Positions 1 through 8,188 of a stretch of DNA of 64,000 nt are shown here, piece by piece. Source of the stretch: an uncultured Oscillospiraceae bacterium (GTDB taxonomy: Bacteria; Bacillota; Clostridia; Monoglobales; Monoglobaceae); contig CAZTYF010000007.1 of the NCBI GenBank assembly GCA_964617455.1, positions 24,980 to 88,979 on the forward strand, read 5' to 3'. Within the stretch, counting starts at the first letter, position 1. Each line of letters starts with the position of its first letter. A model generated the notes under the pieces. It did no database searches, was not told the DNA's origin, and was given only the letters and a program-made list of their open reading frames with translations. The position numbers were made by a program, and so were the translations under genes.

Positions 1-351
1 GAAATCGTCCCCTGTCCCATTGTTCGGGAGGCGGATGGATTGGCCATGAGCAGCCGTAACACCTATCTTTCGCCGAAGGAGCGGAAGGAGGCCCTATGTC
101 TGAGCAGGGCCCTGAAAGAGGCGGAGAAGGAAATCGAAAAGGGTGAGAGGAATATTGAAAAAATCAAATCGGAGATCCGCTCCGAAATTTCCCAATCCCC
201 CATCGCCCAAATCGACTATGTGGAAAGCTATGCCTATCCGAGCCTTGAGCCCTGCGGGAAAATCCTTGAGGGACACACCTTGATTGCCGCAGCCGTTCGA
301 TTCGGAAAGACCCGATTGATTGACAATATCACGGTAACTCCCCGAGAGTAG
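1..351 (+). CDS. panC: pantoate--beta-alanine ligase, C-terminal part (5' end lies outside the window)
   Basis: Frame 1 is open from nt 1. The translation [24 protein letters not shown]...[15 protein letters not shown] carries the conserved PanC DGLA-SSRN region. panD follows directly. Confidence 0.85.
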   Translation, partial: EIVPCPIVREADGLAMSSRNTYLSPKERKEALCLSRALKEAEKEIEKGERNIEKIKSEIRSEISQSPIAQIDYVESYAYPSLEPCGKILEGHTLIAAAVRFGKTRLIDNITVTPRE

Positions 352-404
352 CCGTATGTTCCCGAAATTGCAGACAACAAATCGAAACTCCATGGAGGTG
401 CAAA

Positions 405-743
405 ATGAACATTGAAGTTATGAACTCAAAAATTCACAGGGCCACCGTCACCGATGCAAACTTGAACTATGTGGGCTCCGTCACGATTGACGAGGACTGG
501 ATGGACGAGGTGGGAATCCTCACAAACCAGCAGGTCCATGTGGTGAACATCACAAACGGCGAGCGGCTCATAACCTATGCCATACCCGGAGAGCGAGGCA
601 GCGGAATGATTTGCATGAACGGTGCCGCCGCCCGCAAAGCTGCGGTAGGCGACAAAGTGATAATCATCGCATATGCCTCGATGGACTATGAAGAGGCCAA
701 AACCCACAAACCCAAGATAAAATTCATAGAGGGCAGTATGTAG
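405..743 (+). CDS. panD: aspartate 1-decarboxylase
   Basis: [28 protein letters not shown]... is the canonical PanD N-terminus, including the GS self-processing site. At 112 aa it is the right size, and it follows panC. Confidence 0.95.
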   Translation: MNIEVMNSKIHRATVTDANLNYVGSVTIDEDWMDEVGILTNQQVHVVNITNGERLITYAIPGERGSGMICMNGAAARKAAVGDKVIIIAYASMDYEEAKTHKPKIKFIEGSM

Positions 744-838
744 CCGCCCGTTGTCTGCGGATTGGGCGGAACGAATGTGGTTTTTGGGATTAAATTCCCG
801 GCCGAACATAAAAAATCCGGTTTTTGCCGGTTTTTGTA

Positions 839-867
839 TTGACAATGTGCATTATTTGTGATACAAT
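839..867 (+). promoter_or_regulatory. sigma-A type promoter for the toxin-antitoxin pair
   Basis: TTGACA (839-844), 17-nt spacer, TACAAT (862-867), with a TG at the extended -10 position. Confidence 0.5.
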
Positions 868-898
868 AGGTATATCAATTCAAATGGGAGATGATTTT

Positions 899-1165
899 AT
901 GGCAACTGCTACATTGAGTATTCGGATAGATTCCGACCTTAAAAAGCGGGCGGAGGATATGTTTGCCGACATGGGGCTCAATACCTCAACCGCAGTCAAT
1001 ATGTTCATTCATCAGGTGGTGCGATTGGGGAAAATTCCCTTTGAGGTAGCTGCGGATGTTTCGAACAAAGAAACTCTTGAGGCGATTGATGACGTGAACA
1101 ATAACAAAAACCTGAGCAAAGCATATGACGATATGGATGAATTGATGAGGGATCTGAATGCTTAG
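899..1165 (+). CDS. relB: type II antitoxin, RelB/DinJ family
   Basis: MATATLSIRIDSDLKKRAEDMFADMGLNTSTAVNMFIHQVV is a typical DinJ ribbon-helix-helix N-terminus. GGGAG lies 7 nt upstream of ATG 899. The 3' end overlaps the toxin gene by 8 nt. Confidence 0.8.
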   Translation: MATATLSIRIDSDLKKRAEDMFADMGLNTSTAVNMFIHQVVRLGKIPFEVAADVSNKETLEAIDDVNNNKNLSKAYDDMDELMRDLNA

Positions 1166-1430
1166 AGTCAGATATACATCAAAATTCAAAAAAGACTTTA
1201 AGACAGTCGTCAAAAGAGGTTATGATATTTCTCTTTTTGAAAAAGTTCGCGATATTTTAAGAGCTCAAAAGGAATTGCCGGAGGAATACCGTGACCATCA
1301 GCTTAAGGGAGATTTTGACGGATTTAGAGAATGCCATATTACTCCGGATTGGTTATTGATCTATAAAATTGAAGAGGATATTCTGACTTTGACATTAACC
1401 CGCACCGGAACACACAGTGACCTGTTTTAA
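1158..1430 (+). CDS. yafQ: type II toxin, YafQ/RelE-family mRNA interferase
   Basis: 90 aa with the motif HQLKGDFDGFRECHITPDWLLIY typical of YafQ. Translationally coupled to the upstream antitoxin. Confidence 0.8.
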   Translation: MLRVRYTSKFKKDFKTVVKRGYDISLFEKVRDILRAQKELPEEYRDHQLKGDFDGFRECHITPDWLLIYKIEEDILTLTLTRTGTHSDLF

Positions 1431-1465
1431 TAACCCGTCACTCCGAACTCAAATTTATAAAGCCA

Positions 1466-1494
1466 CAAGAACCCGCGTTTGACGCGGGTTCTTG
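1466..1494. terminator. bidirectional intrinsic terminator between the convergent yafQ and GH3 genes
   Basis: Perfect 12-bp stem CAAGAACCCGCG/CGCGGGTTCTTG with a 5-nt loop, followed by TTTGGATTTTT. Confidence 0.7.
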
Positions 1495-1546
1495 TTTGGA
1501 TTTTTGGGAAGAATTAACCGTTTATTGATCTTTGTTTGATATTTTT

Positions 1547-4500
1547 TTACTTGATTTTTGTATAGGAGCCTATGTTATATACATTGGTATAGCCCATGGC
1601 TTTTGCGATTTCCACCGCTTTTGCCGCTCTTCCGCCGCTTGCGCAGCAGAAAATCAAAGTGTCCTCTTCGGCGTATCGGGAAAGGCCTTCCTCAAGTTCA
1701 TCAAGCGGGATATTCACCGAGCCTTCGGCAAAATCCTCGGCATACTCCTCCGCTGTGCGCACATCGATAAGCACCGCTCCGGAAGAGAGAAGCACGCTCG
1801 CCTCGTCGGCCTCGATTGAATTTCCTCCAAGGTCGGACATGGGGATTTCCGTCTCGGTTTTTCCGTTACTTGCAATCATCGTATCCCCGTCTATGGTTAT
1901 GGATTTTATATCAAAATCCGCCGCCTTTTTCAGTTGGTAGCATTTGACGCAGTCGGTGAACATAATGACCAATCCGCCGTCGCAGGCGGCATACAGTCTG
2001 CCGTTATATACGGCAAGGTCATTGATGTTATACCGGTCGCCGTAGCCGTAGGGCACATCCGAGGCGAAAAAGTAGTCGGTGGAAAGGCGGGTTTTTTCTC
2101 CGCCCGTTCCCACAATCCATACTTTGCTCTCTCCGGTGGAGTCGTTCTTGGTGAGGACAACATCTCTGCCGTTCCACTCAATGCTGCGCAACGGCCTGTC
2201 GTAACCCTCAAGTTCGCCGCCCAAATCGGCATCCCCCTCATCTTGGGAAACATCCGCCGATTTCGCCGTGCCGTAATACTCGACTATGATTGCAAACAGG
2301 TCTTTGTTTTTGCTTCCGCCGTATACATATACGGGAGCCTGCTCGGTGATTTCAAGGGTTGCCGCCGTTGTTCCGCTTCCGCCGGGGGTTTCGGTTTGAC
2401 GGGAGTCGCTTTGGTATATGTGCATACTGCGGCTTTCCTCGCTGCCGGTGAATACCGCCGAAACCTTGCAGGGAACCTTTTTGGGTGTGAAGCAGAAGTT
2501 CCTGTTGGTTGTACTTCCCGCACCGGCTCTCCAGGCCTTTGTGAACTCATAGTTATACTCATTTTCGTTTATATCTTTGTAGGTATAGTTTGTCTTTGAT
2601 TCGGCGATTGCCCAGGAACCGTATCCGGAGACACCGTTGACTTCCGTGCCGAAGGGGGTATTATCGGCGATTGTAACCGGGAGCTTTGAATAGTCATTGC
2701 CGTTCGTATATTTTGAGTCAAGAGAGATGACTTCGATTTCGCTGGGTATCGGCTCCGAATAGGTGTATTCAACCGTGTTGGACAAAACCTTCTTTTCTGT
2801 GTCATTGTTTATGACACAGAGCTTTACAGTGTCGCCCTCCGCCGCACCGAGGCCGACAACATCGTATTCGCCGCTGCCTTTGATTTTGTTGTCCGTGACA
2901 AATCTGCCTGCAACTTCAGCTCCGAGGATAACTTCGACGGGAGCGGAGCTGCCCCGATAGCTAACGTCGACTTTCAGATTTCCCCCCGCTCTGCTTAGGA
3001 CTTTGTCTATTGTGTAGGGTTGGTCATCGTTGGGGATATAGTGGTCGATTTTGAAGTAGTCCAAGTTTACACCGTTGGTTTGAACATAGATGTCAACACA
3101 GCCATAGTCATCAAGTTTGCCGGAGGTCCTTGCATCCTCAAGGACGTTTGCGTTCACATCCAGCTCAATTTCCGTCCAGGCATTCCAAGCGCCGGTGGGA
3201 TCCGCCTGTTTGGATGCAATCAGGTTTTCCGCCTTGGCGTCCGGTGCCAGGCTTACATTTATCATTCCCGCATTTCTGCCTGCAACTCGGGCGGTGAATT
3301 TATTTATGAATTCCACATTCACCGATTTGTAGAGCATCCATGCATTGCCGGTGCTGCCTGCATCATAGCCGCCGCTGGCGCCGGATTGATTGTCTCTCAA
3401 ATTGGCGTTGCCGCCGTCGTCGCCGGTTTCCGCCTCGATTTGGGTATCGATTTTTATAACCTGTCTTGCGCAGGTGCCTGCTTCGATGTTCGCGGCGGTG
3501 ACCCTTATAACTCCGTTGCCGTATACGGTAAGCTCGCCCGTTTCGGAATTTATCTCGGCTGTTTTGCGGCCGGAGGAGTCAAGCTTTGTCACCTGCCATG
3601 TGAGTTTTGAAGCATCGACGGCATTTCCGCTCTCGTCAACCGCCCGCAGTTTGCCCGTATAGGGTGTGGATTCCGTAACCGTGCCGGTGGCTCCGCTGTA
3701 CATGGGAATGCCTCCGTCCCGATAATCTATAACTCCGTCCCGCAGGAACTCGGTGTCTCCGGAATCGATGGTGTAACTTTCTTTGAGGGCGTCCATGGGC
3801 ACGGATTTGAGCTCCTTTGTGATTGACTCAATCAAAGCCTCAAGGTCCGCCTTGGTCACTGCGCCGTCTATTTTCTTCAGGCCTTCGTCATAGACGCTCT
3901 TAAGCGTGCCTTGGCTCTCTTCCGTGTATGCGGACTTGGGCAGAGCGTCATATACGCTCTTGATTTGCTCTTTCGCCGCCGCTTTGTCGCTGTCGCCCGC
4001 TTTCGGCATGAGCTTGTTTACGACCGGGAAAGTGGTGCTCAGGGACTCGCCGTCGTAACTTACCGTTGCCGTAATGACCGCAACACCTTCGGTGGCACCC
4101 GATGAAACCTTGCCCTTTGAATCCACCGCAGCCACATTGCTGTTTGAACTCTCATAGCTTACCTGTGCGTTGTTCAAATCAAGGATTGCTTCGTCGCTCA
4201 TAACCGCCGAAAGGTTTGCCTCTACGGGTTCCACCGTTTCAAGGCCGGTTCCGTCATCTGCGATAAGACCGTTTACGGATATGCCGCTCGGAATCGCTTT
4301 GACGGTCTTTAATTTCGAATCAAGGGTTCCGGTAACTCGGAACTGCGCCGAATTTGCCGTATCCTCCGCATTTGATGCCATATAGGCCGTGTATGTGCCG
4401 TTTGGAACCATATCCTTTTGGGCCGCCTCGTCAAAGAGATACATATCCCTTATATTGAGATTTACGGAAACGGTCTTTGTCTCGCCGGGCTGCAACTCCA

Positions 4501-7500
4501 CCTTTTCAAAACCTTTGAGCTGCTTTGCGGGGGTTGTGCCCTTTCCCGCATCGGGGTGAGCCACATAGAGCTGGACCACCTCTTTGCCCGCAACGGTGCC
4601 GGTATTCTTTACATCCACCGAGAATGTGAGGGTGCCGTTAGCATCGATTTCGGAGGCGGGAGCACCGCTTGCTTCATTGCCGACTGTCTTGGCATAACTC
4701 AAAGGCTGCGCCGAATTTTCGTCCTTCCAGATATAAACCTTGGTTTTTCCGCCCGTAGGCTCGGTGATGTCGATATTTTGATTTCCGCTGCCATCGGTTT
4801 TCACGCTCTTGGTCTCAAGGAGGGTTTGCTCCGAGGCATCCCCGTAGGTTGCGGCGATGATTGTGCCGTCGGGAGCGCCCTCTGCCTTTGTGTATTTGAC
4901 ATTCAGTTTGCCGTTTGCATAGGCGGCATCGGTTATTTTGTAGGGACTTGTGTCTTCTATGGGTGCGCCGCCCGATACCTTCATATTCGAGTACTCAAAA
5001 TTCGCATAGCTCAAACCGTATCCGAAGGGATATACGGGCTCGCCGCTGTAGTATTGGTATGTGTGGCCGGGGTTTGTGTCATCGGCTTGGATGTTATAGT
5101 TTGTATATCTGCCGTTTATGCCGCCAACCGTTTTGGTGCCGCCGGCCAGTTCCATCTTTTTGACATCCTCGTTTTTATACCAGGTGGTGGTGAGTCTGCC
5201 GGAGGGATTGACTTCTCCGGTCAGGACTTTGCCCAAAGCCGTGCCCTGGGTTTGGCCGTTGTAGGATGTCCACAGGATGGCTTTGCATTTGTCTTTGAAG
5301 GGCTCCGTATTTATCTGGCCCACGGTTGACATAACCACAACGGTCTTGTCGGGATAGGCATCGCAGAGAGCCCGCACGTGGGACTGAGAAGCGGGAAGGT
5401 CTATGCTCGTTCTGTCATGGGACTCCGAGGAATCCGCCTCGCCCAACCCGGTGGAGTTTTTGGGAACGGTGGCTCCATAGGCTATGATAACATCCGCCTC
5501 GTCAAGCTGAGTTTTGTAGTTGTCCACCGAGAAATCGGCGACGGTTCCCGTGGCGGTTATAATAAGGTCCGAAACGCCGTCATATCCACCCGTGTCGGTT
5601 ATATCCTCCGGGAGTTTGCAAACCGCATAATCGTCAAGACTGTTGGTGGGTGAAGAGTTTACCGTGGCGAAAGAGCCGACGCTGCCGTAGGCGATGTTGA
5701 AGGATCCGCCGATACGGCTGCCGGTCGATATTTCGACTTCCACGTTGACCACGCCTTTGAAATCCACATCTTTGATAACGGCCCGAGCCGCAGGTGTCAC
5801 ATCCAAGAGACGGCCGTCGCTTGTCAAAGTCATGCCCTGCACCTCAGTCACCTTTGTCAGGTCAAGGGCCTTCTTTTTGCCGTCTTTATAGACAAAGTTG
5901 ACGCTTTTTACGTTATAGAGCAATGTATTGTCGGTGAGAACTCCCAAATGGTTTACCTCCGCATTGGGATTGAGGGTTTTGACTTCCTCGGTTATACCTT
6001 GGATGGGAGTTACGGTTTTTGTGGGCTCGCCGGTGTAGTCGCCCAAAACAAGCTTGTCGGCCAAGTTGCCCACAACGGCGATTTTGGACACGGTGCTTTT
6101 GAGAGGCAGGATATTGCCCTCGTTTTTCAGAAGAACCCAGGACTCCTCCGCCACATCCTCGGCGGCCTTGACATTTTCGTCGGTTTCTATATCGTTTGCG
6201 GTGTAATTTCTATAGGGTGTTTCCGCATCGAATTCTCCCGTTTTGAATCTTTGAAGGAAGAGCTCATACACGGCCCGCTCCAACTCCTGTTCGGAGAGAT
6301 AGCCGTTTTCCACCGCCGCAACTCCGAGATTTTGGGACTTGTTTCCGCCGCTTAGGTTGCACTCCACATTGAGTCCGTTTTTGAAAATCTCGGCTATGTA
6401 GGCCTCGTCGGGAAGGTCGGCTTGGCCCGTCATTCCCTGTTTGAACTGAGAGCTGCCCAAAAGATAATCCCCTGCGCCGCAGTCGGAGGTAACATATCCC
6501 GAAAAGCCCCAATTCCGCCTCAGCAAATCCTGCAAGAGGTAGCTGTTGCCCAAAGAGGGAATGAAGTTATATACCAGATCGTCGCCTCTGTGAATTGTGG
6601 TCGCATTGTAAGAGGACATTACGGAGGCGGGCATTGCAATCTCCGTGATGTTTTGGAATACCCTTGTGTAGTAGTTCCTGAAATTGAATTCGGTCATTTC
6701 GGAGGAACCGCTGCTCCTTGCCGTTTCGTTGTTATTCGCCGCAAAATGCTTCAGTGTGGCAATGGTTTTGAGATATTTTTCATCATCCCCCTGCATTCCC
6801 CGAACAAAAGCGGCTCCCAATTGGGCTGTGAGGTAGGGGTCCTCGCCGTAGGTCTCCTCATTTCTGCCCCAGCGAGGGTCACGGGCCATATTGATGGTTG
6901 GGCTCCAATAGGAAAGGTTCAATCTGCTGTTTTTCGCCCTTGCCTCGGTTGAGGTGACATCCGCCATTTTGAGAATCAAATCTCTGTTCCAGGTGTTCGA
7001 CATGGAAAGAGCGGTGGGGAAGGACGTTGCTTTTCCCTGGCGGGCCACGCCGTGTAAGGCCTCCTTCCAATAGTCATAGGCCGAAACACCCAAACGCTCG
7101 ATTGCCGGAGCTTGATATCCGATTTGGCTCACCTTTTCTTCAAGAGTCATTCTCGACACCAAATCCGCGGCTCTCTCCTCGAAAGAGAGGCTCTCGTCTT
7201 GGTAGGGAAGAAGGGCGGGTTTGACGTCGGGATTATAGAATTTTACGTAGACATAGTTGCCGCAATAGGCTTTGGCTGTGCCCGTGATATTGACGGTCAC
7301 CGCACCCTTGGCATCGGCGGATTTCAGATCCGCCGTGTTTGTGGCATACGAATCCCAGGAGTTGTTGTTCACATTGTCAAAACTTGCAACTTCCGTGTCG
7401 CCCACTTTGATGACAACCGCCGCATCGTTTTTGTCCGCAACGCTTAAATCGACTTTGGTGTAACCCTTGCCTCCAAGGTCAACTTCGGGGAGAGTGAGTT

Positions 7501-7771
7501 GGGCCGTGCCGTTATCGTCGGTCTTTAAATTTTCGGTTCTCGGTCCGCCCACAGCCGCATCGTTTGAAAGAACGGAGCCGTCTCCGCTTACGGTGATGGA
7601 ATCGTTGCCGAACTTGAGAGTGATTCCGCCCGTGCCGTCTTCGGTGACGGTGCCGAAATCCCCTGCCGCGGCAGTGGCCGAATCGTCGATTTCCGCAAAG
7701 GTCGGTATCGATAAGCAGGTCAGGGCCATCAAAAACGAAAGCACAAGAGCCGTAATTCTGCCTGTTTTCAT
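1547..7771 (-). CDS. secreted multidomain glycoside hydrolase family 3 protein (GH3 core, two Big_2 domains, CBM6-like module, C-terminal rhodanese domain)
   Basis: Signal peptide MKTGRITALVLSFLMALTCLSIPTFA. GH3 N-domain motifs (LTLEEKVSQ, WSPTINMARDPRWGRNEETYGEDPYL, GYVTSDCGA nucleophile region). Fn3-like segment (VVQLYV...LKGFEKVELQPGETKTV). Two Big_2-like repeats, a CBM6-like module (...NLDYFKI), and a terminal rhodanese fold (VLIDVRTAEEY...IFCCASGGRAAKA). Confidence 0.85.
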   Translation of the reverse strand: MKTGRITALVLSFLMALTCLSIPTFAEIDDSATAAAGDFGTVTEDGTGGITLKFGNDSITVSGDGSVLSNDAAVGGPRTENLKTDDNGTAQLTLPEVDLGGKGYTKVDLSVADKNDAAVVIKVGDTEVASFDNVNNNSWDSYATNTADLKSADAKGAVTVNITGTAKAYCGNYVYVKFYNPDVKPALLPYQDESLSFEERAADLVSRMTLEEKVSQIGYQAPAIERLGVSAYDYWKEALHGVARQGKATSFPTALSMSNTWNRDLILKMADVTSTEARAKNSRLNLSYWSPTINMARDPRWGRNEETYGEDPYLTAQLGAAFVRGMQGDDEKYLKTIATLKHFAANNNETARSSGSSEMTEFNFRNYYTRVFQNITEIAMPASVMSSYNATTIHRGDDLVYNFIPSLGNSYLLQDLLRRNWGFSGYVTSDCGAGDYLLGSSQFKQGMTGQADLPDEAYIAEIFKNGLNVECNLSGGNKSQNLGVAAVENGYLSEQELERAVYELFLQRFKTGEFDAETPYRNYTANDIETDENVKAAEDVAEESWVLLKNEGNILPLKSTVSKIAVVGNLADKLVLGDYTGEPTKTVTPIQGITEEVKTLNPNAEVNHLGVLTDNTLLYNVKSVNFVYKDGKKKALDLTKVTEVQGMTLTSDGRLLDVTPAARAVIKDVDFKGVVNVEVEISTGSRIGGSFNIAYGSVGSFATVNSSPTNSLDDYAVCKLPEDITDTGGYDGVSDLIITATGTVADFSVDNYKTQLDEADVIIAYGATVPKNSTGLGEADSSESHDRTSIDLPASQSHVRALCDAYPDKTVVVMSTVGQINTEPFKDKCKAILWTSYNGQTQGTALGKVLTGEVNPSGRLTTTWYKNEDVKKMELAGGTKTVGGINGRYTNYNIQADDTNPGHTYQYYSGEPVYPFGYGLSYANFEYSNMKVSGGAPIEDTSPYKITDAAYANGKLNVKYTKAEGAPDGTIIAATYGDASEQTLLETKSVKTDGSGNQNIDITEPTGGKTKVYIWKDENSAQPLSYAKTVGNEASGAPASEIDANGTLTFSVDVKNTGTVAGKEVVQLYVAHPDAGKGTTPAKQLKGFEKVELQPGETKTVSVNLNIRDMYLFDEAAQKDMVPNGTYTAYMASNAEDTANSAQFRVTGTLDSKLKTVKAIPSGISVNGLIADDGTGLETVEPVEANLSAVMSDEAILDLNNAQVSYESSNSNVAAVDSKGKVSSGATEGVAVITATVSYDGESLSTTFPVVNKLMPKAGDSDKAAAKEQIKSVYDALPKSAYTEESQGTLKSVYDEGLKKIDGAVTKADLEALIESITKELKSVPMDALKESYTIDSGDTEFLRDGVIDYRDGGIPMYSGATGTVTESTPYTGKLRAVDESGNAVDASKLTWQVTKLDSSGRKTAEINSETGELTVYGNGVIRVTAANIEAGTCARQVIKIDTQIEAETGDDGGNANLRDNQSGASGGYDAGSTGNAWMLYKSVNVEFINKFTARVAGRNAGMINVSLAPDAKAENLIASKQADPTGAWNAWTEIELDVNANVLEDARTSGKLDDYGCVDIYVQTNGVNLDYFKIDHYIPNDDQPYTIDKVLSRAGGNLKVDVSYRGSSAPVEVILGAEVAGRFVTDNKIKGSGEYDVVGLGAAEGDTVKLCVINNDTEKKVLSNTVEYTYSEPIPSEIEVISLDSKYTNGNDYSKLPVTIADNTPFGTEVNGVSGYGSWAIAESKTNYTYKDINENEYNYEFTKAWRAGAGSTTNRNFCFTPKKVPCKVSAVFTGSEESRSMHIYQSDSRQTETPGGSGTTAATLEITEQAPVYVYGGSKNKDLFAIIVEYYGTAKSADVSQDEGDADLGGELEGYDRPLRSIEWNGRDVVLTKNDSTGESKVWIVGTGGEKTRLSTDYFFASDVPYGYGDRYNINDLAVYNGRLYAACDGGLVIMFTDCVKCYQLKKAADFDIKSITIDGDTMIASNGKTETEIPMSDLGGNSIEADEASVLLSSGAVLIDVRTAEEYAEDFAEGSVNIPLDELEEGLSRYAEEDTLIFCCASGGRAAKAVEIAKAMGYTNVYNIGSYTKIK

Positions 7772-7992
7772 AGTATTGTTTCCTCCTTGATAAATTTATA
7801 TAAGCATTAATGTACTTTTCCGTTTTTTCACTTTGATTTTATCACCTTTTTCGAAATCATAAAAGACAAAAAAATCACAAAACAAGCCAAAAGTTGCTAT
7901 GGCTTTCCTCGGAGGACCCGGCGGGTATTTTTGCCGGGCTGGCTTCCCTGTCGGGTTTCGGCCGGGTTTGGGGAACAGCCCCAAAAAATTCC

Positions 7993-8021
7993 TTGACAAG
8001 GAGGGCTTGATGGGTTATAAT
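7993..8021 (+). promoter_or_regulatory. trp operon promoter
   Basis: Consensus TTGACA (7993-7998), 17-nt spacer, consensus TATAAT (8016-8021). Confidence 0.7.
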
Positions 8022-8039
8022 TAGAAAACAGTTCCGGAT

Positions 8040-8089
8040 TAGACGAGATTAGGTATTTGAGATTAGACGAGATGAGTGGGCTGAAATAG
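8040..8089 (+). promoter_or_regulatory. (G/U)AG triplet array in the trp leader (candidate TRAP-type RNA-binding site)
   Basis: TAG 8040, GAG 8045, TAG 8050, GAG 8059, TAG 8064, GAG 8069 and GAG 8074 have 2-nt spacers, with one 6-nt gap. A further TAG lies at 8087. The 13-mer GATTAGACGAGAT occurs twice (8038, 8062). Confidence 0.5.
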
Positions 8090-8103
8090 TGCCCGAACAA
8101 TTT

Positions 8104-8131
8104 GGGAGGCGGCACTGCCGTGTCCCCTTTT
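8104..8131 (+). terminator. trp leader attenuator (intrinsic terminator upstream of trpE)
   Basis: GGGAGGCGGC-ACT-GCCGTGTCCC hairpin followed by TTTT. Upstream AGTGCC (8088-8093) is complementary to GGCACT (8111-8116) inside the terminator, giving a possible antiterminator. Confidence 0.65.
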
Positions 8132-8188
8132 GACGGATACCGAATACTTGGCATGGTCTACTCTGATATCTTTGAGGAGGCTTTTTTA

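Noticed and set aside
8022-8135. A possible tRNA-Trp T-box riboswitch in the trp leader. AATTTGGGAGGCGGCACTGCCG superficially resembles the T-box AAnnnGGGTGGTACCGCG.
   Set aside because: The distance from the -10 to the terminator is only about 100 nt. That is too short for Stem I, the specifier loop and Stem III. No GA/K-turn or specifier-loop architecture is visible, and the T-box core match is poor.
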